NCBI GenBank assembly: GCA_009930475.1
Contig: RZYC01000001.1
Coordinates: 96,410-160,409 of the forward strand
Reading direction: 5' to 3'
DNA: 64,000 nucleotides
From: Spartobacteria bacterium
GTDB lineage: Bacteria; Verrucomicrobiota; Kiritimatiellia; RZYC01
This document shows, in pieces, positions 9,914-20,850 of this stretch. The notes beneath the pieces were generated by a model that saw only the letters and a list, made by a program, of their open reading frames with translations, did not search any database and was not told the DNA's origin. The translations under genes were made by a program, and so were the position numbers. Every line of letters begins with the position of its first letter. The first letter of the stretch is position 1.

Positions 9914-11485
9914 ATGCTTCAGATACCATGGTGGCTGCCCACAGTGACAGCTTTTCTGGGTATTGTGCTGGGCTTTTTCTCGGGATATGTCATTCACTTG
10001 CTTCAAAAGCAGCTGAAAGATGTTCAGGCTGAAAAAGATTCACGAAATCTAATCACCGATGCCCGTCGGGAAGCAGAGCATATTGTCAAAGAGGCGAAGC
10101 TGCAGGCAAATTCGGAATTGCTGAAATGTCGTCATGATTTTGCCAAAGAAAAAGATGCGCAGCGGGATTATTATCGAACATTGGATGAACGTATTTCGGC
10201 CAGAGAAATAAGCCTTGACCACAAAGCGGACATATTGAACGCCAAGGAGGAAAAACTGGAATCCTATTCGAAAAAATTGGATACCCGCAACGAATCGCTC
10301 AACGATAAAAAGCTCGAATTGGAACAGCTGCATGCCGATGAGCTGGTTGCAATACAACGCGTGGCTGATCTTTCCAGCGACGAAGCACGAAGTCTATTAC
10401 TCAAAAAAATAGAGGTAAAAATTCAGAGCGAATGCAACTGCATGATTCATCATATGATTGATGAAGCAAAAGAAACGGCGGAAATACGGGCGAGAGACAT
10501 TATTACCCAGGCAATTCAGCGCTATGCCGCCAACCAGTCGAATGCTGTGACAACCTGCGCCCTTCAGCTATCAAGCGATGAAATGAAGGGACGTATTATC
10601 GGCAGGGATGGTCGTAATATCCGTTCCTTTGAAATGGCGACCGGGGTGGATTTACTAATCGATGAGACTCCCGGTTCCGTGGTTATTTCATCTTTCGACC
10701 CTGTTCGCAGGGAGGTGGCTCGTACGGCTCTTGAAAAACTTATCGAAGATGGCCGTATTCATCCCGCTCGTATTGAAGAGGTTGTATCGTCGGCACGAAA
10801 TTCAGTGGCCGAATCAATTCAGCACGCTGGTGAAAAAGCGATTTATGAGCTGGGCCTGAGCACCGTAGATCCGGCCATTATGAATATGGTCGGCACACTG
10901 AAATTTCGACACAGCTATGGGCAGAATATCTTAGATCACTCCATGGAAATGGCGTATTTAATGGGCATGATGGCCGCTGAACTGAATATGGAGCAACAGA
11001 CAGCCAGACGCATCGGCTTATTCCACGACATAGGCAAGGCCATGGATCACAAAATACAGGGTCCCCATGCGCAAATAGGTGCCCATTTCCTACGCCAACA
11101 TGGTGAAAGTGATCTGGTTGTACAGTCTGTAGAAGCACATCATGGTGAAACGGATTACACCGGCCCTTATGCCGCTCTGGCGACAGCAGCTGACGCGATC
11201 ACGGCATCCCGCCCGGGTGCGAGAACGGAAACGACGGAAATCTATCTGAAAAGACTTGCTGAGCTGGAAAAACTGGCGGAATCCTTTCATGGAGTCGATC
11301 ACTGTTATGCCATTCAAGCCGGCCGAGAAATCCGAGTTATGGTACAGCCAAACGCTGTAGATGATAATGAATTACTGATGTTAGCCCGACGCATTGCCAA
11401 AGAAATCCACGAGCATATGGATTTTCCCGGCCAAATAAAAGTCACGGTTATCCGTGAGACCCGCTGCATCGAATATGCCCGTTAA
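9914..11485 (+). CDS. rny: Ribonuclease Y
   Basis: N-terminal TM helix, coiled-coil, KH domain (GRIIGRDGRNIR) and HD domain (LFHDIGKA). 523 aa. Confidence 0.85.
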   Translation: MLQIPWWLPTVTAFLGIVLGFFSGYVIHLLQKQLKDVQAEKDSRNLITDARREAEHIVKEAKLQANSELLKCRHDFAKEKDAQRDYYRTLDERISAREISLDHKADILNAKEEKLESYSKKLDTRNESLNDKKLELEQLHADELVAIQRVADLSSDEARSLLLKKIEVKIQSECNCMIHHMIDEAKETAEIRARDIITQAIQRYAANQSNAVTTCALQLSSDEMKGRIIGRDGRNIRSFEMATGVDLLIDETPGSVVISSFDPVRREVARTALEKLIEDGRIHPARIEEVVSSARNSVAESIQHAGEKAIYELGLSTVDPAIMNMVGTLKFRHSYGQNILDHSMEMAYLMGMMAAELNMEQQTARRIGLFHDIGKAMDHKIQGPHAQIGAHFLRQHGESDLVVQSVEAHHGETDYTGPYAALATAADAITASRPGARTETTEIYLKRLAELEKLAESFHGVDHCYAIQAGREIRVMVQPNAVDDNELLMLARRIAKEIHEHMDFPGQIKVTVIRETRCIEYAR

Positions 11486-11501
11486 TTAAGGACTTAGGAT
11501 T

Positions 11502-12287
11502 ATGAAGATATTGATAGCAGGTGATGTCGTATCATCGCCCGGACGGGCGGCCATCGCCCGTTTTGTTACGGAAATGAAGTTGCGTGGCGAAATTGACATG
11601 GCCATCGTCAATGCAGAAAATGTGGCGGGCGGCAACGGGATTATTCCACGCCTGGGACAGGAGTTATTTGCTGCCGGAGCCGATGTGCTGACGCTGGGAG
11701 ATCACACATGGGATAAAAAAGAGGCTGCCGATTACATCGGCAGTGAACAGCGTGTGGTTCGTCCAGCCAATTATCCGCCAGGTTGTCCGGGTCGCGGATG
11801 GTATATCCATCGCATGGGTACTTGTTCGGTCGCGGTGATCAGCTTGCTTGGCAGAACATTTATGCCGCCTCAAGATTGTCCTTTTCGGGTTGCTGATGCG
11901 ATTCTTGCTCGACCGGATATTGCTCAGGCTGATATTCGCATTGTGGATTTTCATGCAGAAGCTACATCGGAAAAAAACGTCATGGGGTACTATTTGGATG
12001 GACGTGTTACGGCGGTCGTAGGGACGCACACTCATGTGCAGACCTCGGATGAAAAAATCCTCCCCAAAGGCACAGGCTATATCACGGATTTGGGAATGAC
12101 CGGGCCGCTTTTATCGATTCTCGGGCGAGATATTGATGCGGTGACGCGCCGATTTGTCACAGGATTACCCACCCGTTTTGAAATTGCCAAAGGACCTGCC
12201 GTTATGGAGGGGGTCATTATTTCGATTGGTAAATCCAAGGGCCGCTGCAGCAGTATTAAGCGTATTCGAAAAAAACTGGATATGTAA
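11502..12287 (+). CDS. ymdB: YmdB-like metallophosphoesterase (2',3'-cyclic-nucleotide phosphodiesterase family)
   Basis: MKILIAGDVV...NAENVAGGNGI...GDHTWD motifs. Lies immediately downstream of rny, as in the conserved rny-ymdB pair. Confidence 0.8.
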   Translation: MKILIAGDVVSSPGRAAIARFVTEMKLRGEIDMAIVNAENVAGGNGIIPRLGQELFAAGADVLTLGDHTWDKKEAADYIGSEQRVVRPANYPPGCPGRGWYIHRMGTCSVAVISLLGRTFMPPQDCPFRVADAILARPDIAQADIRIVDFHAEATSEKNVMGYYLDGRVTAVVGTHTHVQTSDEKILPKGTGYITDLGMTGPLLSILGRDIDAVTRRFVTGLPTRFEIAKGPAVMEGVIISIGKSKGRCSSIKRIRKKLDM

Positions 12288-12289
12288 CG

Positions 12290-13642
12290 ATGTCTGATGA
12301 GAATCGCAAAGTATACCGTGTTACAGAGCTGACGCGGCTGATTAAAAGCTTGCTGGAGAGTCAGTTTCGATCTGTCTGGCTGGAGGGTGAAATCTCCAAT
12401 TTACGCCGTCCATCTTCGGGGCATCTGTATTTCACTCTGAAAGATGCCACCGCTCAAATGCGCATGGTCTTTTTTCGCGGGAGCCAGCAATATTGCACGG
12501 TTCAGGTCAAAGACGGCATGAAAGTACGAGTCTACGGCAATGTCAGTATTTATGAACAGAGCGGTGATTATCAATTATTGGTAAGAACGCTGGAAGAGGC
12601 CGGCAAAGGTACGCTGCAGGAGCAATTTGAGAAACTGAAGCTTAAACTGTCGCATGAAGGTCTGTTTGATCCTTCGCGAAAGAAACCGCTGCCGATTTTA
12701 CCGCGATGTGTCGGCATCGTCACGTCACCCACCGGAGCCGCCATCCGCGATATTTTCAATATACTTGAAAGGCGATTTCCCAATATTCACTTAATCGTGT
12801 CTCCGGCCAAAGTGCAGGGACCGGGTGCAGCGGAAGAAATCGCCAACGCTATACGTATGCTGAATCGTCATGGCCGGGCTGACGTCATGATTATCGGGCG
12901 CGGTGGAGGATCCATCGAAGATCTCTGGTGTTTTAACGAGGAAGTGGTCGCACGCGCCATTGCCGCCTCCCGTATACCGATTATTTCCGGCGTAGGCCAT
13001 GAGATTGATTTTACGATCAGCGATTTTACTGCTGATTTACGCGCGCCAACCCCATCAGCCGCAGCGGAACTGGTGGTAGGCCGCAAAGACCAGTTTGAAG
13101 AGACATTACAAACCTTTGAAAGGCATTTTGCATCGTTAATGCAATCTGCATTGCAACAGGCTGAAGCACGCCTTGTGCAGGCGGCCAGCAGTTACGTTTT
13201 TAAGGAGCCCGCCCATCTGATTGGACGGTATGCACAGCGGTTAGATAATCTGGAATTGCGCATGGTTCAATGTCTGCGCACGACACTGCAACAACGAACG
13301 CTCCGCTTGCAGCGCGTGGCCGGCAGTCGTATTTTTTCCGAGCCCGCCCGCCGCATTCAGGATGAACGCATCCGTGTTCAGCGATTGCAGGAACGTTTGG
13401 CGAGGGCCGCCGAAAATGCTGTCAACAACGCACAAAACCAATTGCAGAAACAACAAATAAAATTGACGTCACTCAGCCCGTTTGCTGTTTTAAAGCGTGG
13501 TTACAGCATTGTCTCTTGCGGTGATAAAATTATTCGACGAGCGGATGAAGTTCATCCCGGCGACACCATGAAAATAAGCCTTGCGCAAGGTGCGGTACAC
13601 GCCCTTGTTGATCACATAGAATTAGAGGAATCCAAATCATGA
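12290..13642 (+). CDS. xseA: Exodeoxyribonuclease VII large subunit
   Basis: OB-fold N-terminus and XseA catalytic region. 450 aa. Overlaps xseB by 4 bp. Confidence 0.85.
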   Translation: MSDENRKVYRVTELTRLIKSLLESQFRSVWLEGEISNLRRPSSGHLYFTLKDATAQMRMVFFRGSQQYCTVQVKDGMKVRVYGNVSIYEQSGDYQLLVRTLEEAGKGTLQEQFEKLKLKLSHEGLFDPSRKKPLPILPRCVGIVTSPTGAAIRDIFNILERRFPNIHLIVSPAKVQGPGAAEEIANAIRMLNRHGRADVMIIGRGGGSIEDLWCFNEEVVARAIAASRIPIISGVGHEIDFTISDFTADLRAPTPSAAAELVVGRKDQFEETLQTFERHFASLMQSALQQAEARLVQAASSYVFKEPAHLIGRYAQRLDNLELRMVQCLRTTLQQRTLRLQRVAGSRIFSEPARRIQDERIRVQRLQERLARAAENAVNNAQNQLQKQQIKLTSLSPFAVLKRGYSIVSCGDKIIRRADEVHPGDTMKISLAQGAVHALVDHIELEESKS

Positions 13643-13872
13643 CAACGAACAATCCACAAACTGAAGCCTCATTTGAAGAGGCACTCCACCGACTTGAATC
13701 GATTGTATCCGAAATGGAACGCGGTGAATTAACACTGGAAACAATGGCTAATCGCTATGAAGAGGGCGTGAAACTGGTAGATATCTGCGAAAAGAAACTA
13801 AATGCGGTGCAGAAAAAAATTGAAAAACTTGTAGAAAAAGACGACGGCACACTGGATACGACTCCTTTCTAA
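13639..13872 (+). CDS. xseB: Exodeoxyribonuclease VII small subunit
   Basis: 77-aa helical protein (FEEALHRLESIV...LE). Translationally coupled to xseA. Confidence 0.7.
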   Translation: MTTNNPQTEASFEEALHRLESIVSEMERGELTLETMANRYEEGVKLVDICEKKLNAVQKKIEKLVEKDDGTLDTTPF

Positions 13873-13903
13873 GGGAGTTCGTCGAAAGGAAAGAAAGGAT
13901 CGT

Positions 13904-14851
13904 TTGGTGAAGTATTTTATTCATTCGCTCGCTATTCTGGCGATCTGCTGTTTTTGTGGCTGCAGTTCATTTATCGATCACCGTCAGGTGAGCCGCCGCC
14001 CGCATTATGGAAATGGAAAGAAGTTCAAACCGGTCATTGCCGTCGATACATTTGAAAACAGGGCGGGATTCTCCGGACAGTGGGATCTGGGATCTGGTAT
14101 GTCGGACATGCTGACCACCGCATTGCTTGATAGCGGGGAAGTTATCATTGTTGAGCGCAAACAGGTCGATTCTGTTATCTCTGAAATTATGCGACAGGGT
14201 GCCGACTTGTTCCGTAAAGAAGGCCGCGTCACACGTGGACGCCTCATGAATGCGCACTATCTCATTTCCGGAGTCATTACAGACTTTACTGTTACGGGCG
14301 ATTCCTCGGGATGGTTCGGCTACAGTAACAAAGCAAAAATCGGGGGTGGGGGAAGTAAATCTAAGGTCAGCCTGAACTTGAAGTTGACGGACATCGAATC
14401 GGGAGAAGTCATCGGTTCAGCGGCGGCGGAAGGTGCTGCGTCATCCGGATGGTTTGCTGCCGATGTAAACTACAAGCAATTATCTCTTGGTGGAAAAACC
14501 TTCTTCCGCACGCCGTTGGGGCGAGCCACAACACAGGCGATTAACAGAGCTCTGGATGATATTCTCCATCTACTGCCTCAGGAATACTGGATTCCGCGCG
14601 TTGCTGATCTTGGCGTCGATATGGTGATTATTAATGGAGGAGACAACGTTGGCGTAAGGGTCGGGGACTTATTCACCGTACGTGAAAAAGGACGGGATAT
14701 TACTGATCCCGCAACAGGGAATGTGATCGAGCACGTCCCCGGCAATGCAAAAGGACTGATACGTGTCGTTGAGATCAAAGCTCTGGCGGCACATGCTTAT
14801 ATCGAACGGGGCTCGGCCTCGCGAGGGGACTATCTGGAGGCTGTGAACTGA
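13904..14851 (+). CDS. CsgG-like lipoprotein (curli production/transport component family) with a C-terminal extension
   Basis: Lipoprotein signal ending in a Cys, then VIAVDTFENRAGF...MLTTALLDSGEVIIVER resembling the CsgG fold. Confidence 0.5.
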   Translation: MVKYFIHSLAILAICCFCGCSSFIDHRQVSRRPHYGNGKKFKPVIAVDTFENRAGFSGQWDLGSGMSDMLTTALLDSGEVIIVERKQVDSVISEIMRQGADLFRKEGRVTRGRLMNAHYLISGVITDFTVTGDSSGWFGYSNKAKIGGGGSKSKVSLNLKLTDIESGEVIGSAAAEGAASSGWFAADVNYKQLSLGGKTFFRTPLGRATTQAINRALDDILHLLPQEYWIPRVADLGVDMVIINGGDNVGVRVGDLFTVREKGRDITDPATGNVIEHVPGNAKGLIRVVEIKALAAHAYIERGSASRGDYLEAVN

Positions 14852-14852
14852 T

Positions 14853-15446
14853 ATGATTTGTTTTGTTGAAGGTATTCTAGAGGAAAAAACGCCGGCACGC
14901 ATTATTATTAATGCCGGCGGCATTGGTTACGAAGTGTTTATCCCCTTAAGCAGTTATGATCGATTACCTCTCAAAGGCCAATCCTGTCGCGTACTGACGC
15001 ATCACCATATCCGTGAAGATGCGCATATTCTTTTCGGTTTTACGTCGAGTAATGAAAAGGATTTGTTTGAGCGGCTCATTGCTATCAGCGGTATTGGTCC
15101 TAAATTGGCACTGAGTATTTTGAGCGGCATGAATGTGCGCGATTTTAAATCATCCATTCTCAACGGCGACGTCAAACGGCTCAGCTCTATTTCTGGCATA
15201 GGCAAGCGCATGGCAGAACGACTGATTGTTGAAATGAAGGGTAAAATTACTGCGGCAGAAGCACTTGAAGTGAGTTCTAATTCTGGTGACGCCAGTTCGG
15301 ATCATCGCAGTAAAGACGCCGTTCTCGCGCTTGTTTCCCTCGGATATAAACAAGTCGATGCCGTAAAAATGATTCACAAAATACAGCCAAAAATATCAGA
15401 ATCAACGACAGTTGAAGACCTGATTCGTATGGCTCTGGTTGGTTAA
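14853..15446 (+). CDS. ruvA: Holliday junction DNA helicase subunit RuvA
   Basis: MICFVEGILEEK...GIGYEV OB domain, HhH motifs (GIGPKLA, GIGKRMAER) and a C-terminal domain. Confidence 0.8.
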   Translation: MICFVEGILEEKTPARIIINAGGIGYEVFIPLSSYDRLPLKGQSCRVLTHHHIREDAHILFGFTSSNEKDLFERLIAISGIGPKLALSILSGMNVRDFKSSILNGDVKRLSSISGIGKRMAERLIVEMKGKITAAEALEVSSNSGDASSDHRSKDAVLALVSLGYKQVDAVKMIHKIQPKISESTTVEDLIRMALVG

Positions 15447-16455
15447 TATGCACAACACTCCAAATGAGCAGCCGCGACTCATTACTGAAAGCCATCCGCA
15501 TTATGATCAGCTGGCCCAGCGTGTGGGGCCCATGCATCTGCGACTCCGGCTGGGCATCGAATCCGACCACGTTTCAGAAATGTTTGGTCAAGGAATCAAT
15601 CTCTTTCATTTTGAGAACATGCAGGGACTTCATTACATGATCAAATTGTTCCTTAAATCGACGTTTTTATATCAGCGGGGTAAACGCAACGCGCTCAATC
15701 TACAAATACATCAGCAAGAGATTGTTTCACCGAGAATCCCCTCCCTGTTCGACGGATTTCGCATTCTTCACTGCTCTGATCTTCACATAGATATGAATAA
15801 CCAGCTTGAAGAAGTTTTAATCAGACAGCTTGAAGCCGTTGAATACGACCTATGTGTCATTACCGGCGATATTAAATTTCGAACAGATGGCTCGGAACGC
15901 AAAGCCCTGAATAAACTTGAGCGAGTACGAAAACACATTCACAAGCCCGTCCTTGCTGTACTTGGAAATCATGATTTCATCCATATGACCCCACTGCTTG
16001 AAGCTATGGACATACAAGTTCTGATGAATGAAAACAGTCTTATCGAGCGGAATGAACAGCGTATTGCCATTGCTGGTGTTGATGATCCCCATTTCTACCT
16101 TGCCGATAATCTGGAACGTGCTACTCAGGGATTAACGGGCAGGGATTACTCGATTCTTTTAGCTCATTCACCGGAAGTATTTCGCAAAGCGTCCTATTGT
16201 GGTTTTGACTTGTTATTGTGCGGTCATACTCACGGCGGACAAATCTGCGCTCCCGGGGGGCATGTTCTTTATTCTAATGCACGTATTCCCCGATCACTTG
16301 CACGTGGTAAGTGGCAGTATCGCTCCATGGACGGCTATACGTCCTGCGGCATCGGCTCATCCAGTATTGACGTCCGTTTCAACTGCCCGCCGGAACTCGT
16401 CATCCACACACTGAGAACAAATCACTCCCAGTCTACCAGTTCACGCAGCGCATAA
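15439..16455 (+). CDS. Calcineurin-like metallophosphoesterase
   Basis: GD..., GNHDF and GHTHGGQ motifs. Confidence 0.65.
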   Translation: MVNMHNTPNEQPRLITESHPHYDQLAQRVGPMHLRLRLGIESDHVSEMFGQGINLFHFENMQGLHYMIKLFLKSTFLYQRGKRNALNLQIHQQEIVSPRIPSLFDGFRILHCSDLHIDMNNQLEEVLIRQLEAVEYDLCVITGDIKFRTDGSERKALNKLERVRKHIHKPVLAVLGNHDFIHMTPLLEAMDIQVLMNENSLIERNEQRIAIAGVDDPHFYLADNLERATQGLTGRDYSILLAHSPEVFRKASYCGFDLLLCGHTHGGQICAPGGHVLYSNARIPRSLARGKWQYRSMDGYTSCGIGSSSIDVRFNCPPELVIHTLRTNHSQSTSSRSA

Positions 16456-17381
16456 ATGCCGCGCCATCCTCCTTTAACTCTCCGAGCACCACTAGTACGT
16501 TTGGCACCGAACTGATCCTGATTTTCTGAAAAAAAAGCCTCTACAAACCCCTTGCTCCCAATAATAAGCCCATCAGTAAAATAGCGGCTCCGGTACCGTA
16601 GTCGCTCCCCGTCAGTCATGTTCAAACGATGACCAAGCTGCTCCCGTAACATATCGTGATCCGTATCCGCTCTCTCGGGATGCCTGCGAACCTCATCATA
16701 CATTAGAATTCGCTCTAAATAATGTGTCGAAACCGACTGCCACCCTTCTGTATCCATGGATGCAATGATCCGCTGAATACCCTTCTGTGCCGCCTCCTGG
16801 CCTCCCATTGCCTCTCCAAAACCGCCAAATCGATAGTGCTGCGGTTCAGCCACCATTCCCGCCCGTACCGGATTCATCTCGATATATGCGGCAACAGTGC
16901 GCAGCGGCGTTCCTGGCTCAACCAAAACACTCTTAAAACGTGCGTCCCATAACGCGCCTGTTCTACTCTGTCGACGATTATACCAACGCGAAAACCGCTG
17001 TTTTAGCTGTTTCATAAACTCGCTGATATCATGCATCCTATAAACATATCTCCGGCGATCTTTAGCCACCTCTTCTGCCGGCCATTCACTCCATAGTTCC
17101 CGTAATTCGTCCAGTTCCTGAGATAAATACAGAGACCTCATACGTTCCCAGAATATGTTATCTGGAACATCTTGATTCCTGTCCGGCTCTTCCAGAAGAA
17201 GATGCACATGATTTGTCATGATCGAATACGTCAGAACCCGCACACCCGTGAATCCCTCAATACGCCGCACAAGTTTACGCATGTGTTCTTTTTCTATATC
17301 GCCAAGTAGCATCTGCCGACCGACAATACGACTCATGCAATGGTAATAGGATAATTCATTTCGTTTTATTCGCTGTTTCAT
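16422..17381 (-). CDS. IS200-like HUH (Y1) transposase-family protein, paralog 2
   Basis: TNHVHLLLEEP, AAYIEMNPVRAG and the conserved C-terminus RYFTDGLIIGSKGFVEAFF. The 3' end overlaps the neighbouring gene by 34 bp, so there are no IS-like termini. Confidence 0.65.
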   Translation of the reverse strand: MKQRIKRNELSYYHCMSRIVGRQMLLGDIEKEHMRKLVRRIEGFTGVRVLTYSIMTNHVHLLLEEPDRNQDVPDNIFWERMRSLYLSQELDELRELWSEWPAEEVAKDRRRYVYRMHDISEFMKQLKQRFSRWYNRRQSRTGALWDARFKSVLVEPGTPLRTVAAYIEMNPVRAGMVAEPQHYRFGGFGEAMGGQEAAQKGIQRIIASMDTEGWQSVSTHYLERILMYDEVRRHPERADTDHDMLREQLGHRLNMTDGERLRYRSRYFTDGLIIGSKGFVEAFFSENQDQFGAKRTSGARRVKGGWRGIYALRELVDWE

Positions 17382-17410
17382 GTCGGAAATCTAAGCAGTG
17401 ACACAGAGAT

Positions 17411-17450
17411 TGGTCAAGCCAAAAATCGTTTATTAATCTGATTAATATTA
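17411..17450 (-). promoter_or_regulatory. Promoter-like module P2 variant upstream of HUH paralog 2
   Basis: Minus-strand reading aatattaatcagattaataaacgatttttggcttgacca, followed by TTAGAT about 17 bp further on. Confidence 0.3.
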
Positions 17451-17464
17451 TGTTCTTGCCAGTA

Positions 17465-19036
17465 TCATCTACGCACTATTTTAATTAACTCCGTTACTTC
17501 ACTGCATCGCAGCAAGAAGGTACATGCCACGTAAAACACACCGCCGATAGTTATCGCGATGAGCAACAGAATGATCTGTTTCAGCTTGGCATATATCATC
17601 CATGACACAGGGATCGCGTTCATCAATGTATGGAATAACACGATCGCAATCACACCCATGACCAGCGCGGCGAAAAGGTGACGAATAAACGCCCTGCCAA
17701 TTTGTATCCAGTGCGGTGATCCCAGCTTTCTGTGAAGACATACCGCCAAAATCACTGCGTAGACACTTTCAGAGGCCACCGTTCCCAGAGCAATTCCGGC
17801 ATGTTCTTTGTAAGGTGGCAGCAGCCATATAAAAGTGATATTGAGAACAACATTCAAAGCCAGACAGAATAACCCGGCTTTAAAAGGCGTTGTTGTATCT
17901 TTCAACGCATAAAAGGCGGGCGTAAATATCTTGGCCAAACTAAAAACAAGCAGTCCGGGTGCATAACACTGTAAGGCCAAGGATGCCAGCTGGGTTGATC
18001 GCTGATCAAAGGCTTTCCATTGGTAAATAATCTCAATGACAGGATGAGCAAATAATATAAGACCCATCGCAGCAGGTGTCATGACAAACAGCAACATGCG
18101 TAAAGACTGATGGATCGTGCCAAGCATTTCATCGTATTTCTTTTCCGCTGTATTGGCAGAAAATGTTGGTAATAAAACCGTTCCCAATGCAGTGGCAAAT
18201 ATCCCCAGCGGCAGATAAAGAATACGTTCACTATAAAACAATGACGCAGGAGCCCATGGCCCGATCCAGGCGGCCAAACCGCGGTCTACGAGCACATTGA
18301 TCTGGGTTACGGCAAGACCCAGAGCAGCGGGCCCCATTAACGTCAAAACGCGGCGTGTCTGTATGTCAAACAGCGGCGTGGTAAGTCCAAAGCGAAAGCC
18401 ATGCATTCGAAGGACAGGCCATTGAATAAGCAGTTGAAAAATACCTGCCAGCACGATAGACCACGCGATAACATAAATCTTGTTTGCCCCCGGAACAAGA
18501 TATGGTGCAACCCATGCTGCGGCAACAATCCAAATAAGATTGAGAATGCAGGGTGTCGCTGCCGGTAACGCAAAATGTTTATAGGAATTGAGGATCGCCA
18601 TGCATAATCCAGCCAAACAAATAAAAATCATGTATGGAAGCATAATGCGCATCAATGACAATGTCAGCAGTGACTGTTCATCTACTGCTGTCGTACGTAA
18701 AAATGAAATGCTTATCCATATTACACTACACAGGATCACAAGCAGGGTCGTTGTTATGAATAGAACCCGCTGCGCCAGTTTCCAAGCTGCGGCATCTCCT
18801 TGTTGAACCCGTCGTTCCATAAATACAGGAATAAACGATGCGGCTAATGCCCCCTCACCAAAAAGACGTCGGAACAGATTGGGAATGGTAAATGCGATAA
18901 CAAACGCAGACATCGCAGTCGATGTGCCGAATAATCCAGCCATAAATACATCTCGAACAAGGCCTAAAACACGGCTCAGCATCGTCAGACTGCTGACAAT
19001 ACCTGTTGATTTCAATATAGCCCGTCGATTGTTCAC
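17465..19036 (-). CDS. murJ: Lipid II flippase MurJ (MviN)
   Basis: 523 aa and polytopic, with the MurJ-type N-terminus (SLTMLSRVLGLVRD). Confidence 0.8.
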   Translation of the reverse strand: MNNRRAILKSTGIVSSLTMLSRVLGLVRDVFMAGLFGTSTAMSAFVIAFTIPNLFRRLFGEGALAASFIPVFMERRVQQGDAAAWKLAQRVLFITTTLLVILCSVIWISISFLRTTAVDEQSLLTLSLMRIMLPYMIFICLAGLCMAILNSYKHFALPAATPCILNLIWIVAAAWVAPYLVPGANKIYVIAWSIVLAGIFQLLIQWPVLRMHGFRFGLTTPLFDIQTRRVLTLMGPAALGLAVTQINVLVDRGLAAWIGPWAPASLFYSERILYLPLGIFATALGTVLLPTFSANTAEKKYDEMLGTIHQSLRMLLFVMTPAAMGLILFAHPVIEIIYQWKAFDQRSTQLASLALQCYAPGLLVFSLAKIFTPAFYALKDTTTPFKAGLFCLALNVVLNITFIWLLPPYKEHAGIALGTVASESVYAVILAVCLHRKLGSPHWIQIGRAFIRHLFAALVMGVIAIVLFHTLMNAIPVSWMIYAKLKQIILLLIAITIGGVFYVACTFLLRCSEVTELIKIVRR

Positions 19037-19842
19037 TCAGGAATATCTTCGTTCGTTGGTTTGAAAATCTGTTTTTCTGGGTGTCTGGAATAATACTCCA
19101 TTTCCCATAGCTTATAATACTTCATTGCAACAGCGAACGCGCTGACTGTCGCAATGAGCAGGCCGTGACGACCGGACATAAACCCTTTTTTGAGAATATA
19201 CGCCTTAAAAAAACGCCAAAACGGACGTAAAAGAATATCACTCCATTGAAATCGAATACCTTCTTTATATTTTTCCAGTGCTGTAATCGTCGAAAAGCGA
19301 TTCATTGTACGAAGGTGATCGTTGATGCTGTCGTAGGTATAATGGTAAATCGGCGACTTCATCGTCTTAACGGGTCCGTCAACTTTCACTTGATCGTGAG
19401 GTTCCCGGCCAACACTACGTCCGCGATCACGCATAAAGAGGCGCAATTTCACATCGGGCCACCATTCCCCGTGCTTGATCCATTTTCCCAGATAATACAC
19501 CATACGGGGAAAGGCATAACCAACAAAGGGTGCATCGGAGTTAATCTCTCGTTTTATCTCTTCCTTCAACTGAGGCGATAATTCTTCGTCGGCATCGAGA
19601 AAAAGAACCCATTCGTTCGCAGCCATCTCCCGAATCATATTGCGCTGACCTATATAACCGAGCCAGGGACGCTGATACACTCGATCGGTAAACTGACGAC
19701 AAATTTCCACGGTGCGGTCTGTGCTAAAACTATCTACGACAATAATTTCGTCGCACCACAACAGGCTTTGCAGGCAGCGGGCAATTTTTTTTTCTTCATT
19801 GAATGCGGTCACACAAGCCGAAATTTTCTGCATCAAAAACAT
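19033..19842 (-). CDS. Family 2 glycosyltransferase (LPS core-type)
   Basis: CVTAFNEEKKIARCL...IIVVDSFSTDRT GT-A N-terminus with a DxD motif. Sits in the LPS cluster. Confidence 0.7.
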   Translation of the reverse strand: MFLMQKISACVTAFNEEKKIARCLQSLLWCDEIIVVDSFSTDRTVEICRQFTDRVYQRPWLGYIGQRNMIREMAANEWVLFLDADEELSPQLKEEIKREINSDAPFVGYAFPRMVYYLGKWIKHGEWWPDVKLRLFMRDRGRSVGREPHDQVKVDGPVKTMKSPIYHYTYDSINDHLRTMNRFSTITALEKYKEGIRFQWSDILLRPFWRFFKAYILKKGFMSGRHGLLIATVSAFAVAMKYYKLWEMEYYSRHPEKQIFKPTNEDIPE

Positions 19843-20846
19843 TCCTTCCGTTGATCGGTACCCAAATAAGTGCGAAGCACATCAATAACTTCTTCAGAAG
19901 AGACCAATGCCAGCATCGCGGTCGCTTCCTCCGACTCTCTCGGCACATCGCGTTGCTGACGACGGCTGTGCTGTAAAACGGTGAATTGATCACCCAGCGG
20001 GCCCGTTTTTTGCGGATCGGTAATGCCATATACAGCAATAACCGAACAACCCAAAGCGGACGCCAGATGCATTCCGCCACTGTCATTGGCGACAATTGCA
20101 TCGCATTGCGCCATGAGTGCTGCCCATAAGGCAAAAGACGTCGTTCCCGCAAAACTCTGACAATGTGACGAATTCACTGTCGCAGCAATTTGTCCGCACA
20201 ATGAAGCTTCCGCCGGAGTTCCAAAAAGCACCGCACTACCCCCTTCTGCACACAAATATTGTGCGACGGCAGCATACCTCTCCGGAGCCCATTGCTTCGA
20301 TGTCCCTCTGGCGGCACCAGGAATGAGTCCGACCAAAGGACGAGAAAACGGGGCAAGTAAGTTCATCGCATCTCTTTTTTCTTCATCACTGATACGTAAC
20401 GAAACGGAATGAATTACTGCAGGTGCGTTTTCGGGGCAAAGAATATGAAATGCTTCATACGCTTGATGTTTTTGCTGTATTTCCGGCGTATACGGGCGCA
20501 AGCGATTGATTAGCCATCGTCGGGCATGACCCGGAGCGCCGATGCGCAAAGGAATCCCCGCCATCCATGGAATCAGTGCCGAACGCACTGAATTGGGAAG
20601 AATATAGGCCGCATCAAACGACCGCTTCCTTAATTTAGAGGCCAGACGACACATATCACGGCCTGTGTGCGGCATTTCCATAAATTCAATCCGTTCAGGA
20701 AACATCGCCCATACCGATTTCATAGACTTTTTAGCCAGAACAGTAACTTTTACATCGGGATTTGCCTGCATAAACGACACAACAGCCGGCATACACATAA
20801 TGCTGTCGCCCAACCAGTTAACTCCACAAATAAGAACTGTATTCAT
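19833..20846 (-). CDS. Family 9 glycosyltransferase (ADP-heptose:LPS heptosyltransferase)
   Basis: N-terminus ICGVNWLGDSIMCMPA typical of WaaC/WaaF-type heptosyltransferases. Confidence 0.75.
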   Translation of the reverse strand: MNTVLICGVNWLGDSIMCMPAVVSFMQANPDVKVTVLAKKSMKSVWAMFPERIEFMEMPHTGRDMCRLASKLRKRSFDAAYILPNSVRSALIPWMAGIPLRIGAPGHARRWLINRLRPYTPEIQQKHQAYEAFHILCPENAPAVIHSVSLRISDEEKRDAMNLLAPFSRPLVGLIPGAARGTSKQWAPERYAAVAQYLCAEGGSAVLFGTPAEASLCGQIAATVNSSHCQSFAGTTSFALWAALMAQCDAIVANDSGGMHLASALGCSVIAVYGITDPQKTGPLGDQFTVLQHSRRQQRDVPRESEEATAMLALVSSEEVIDVLRTYLGTDQRKECF

Positions 20847-20850
20847 AGTG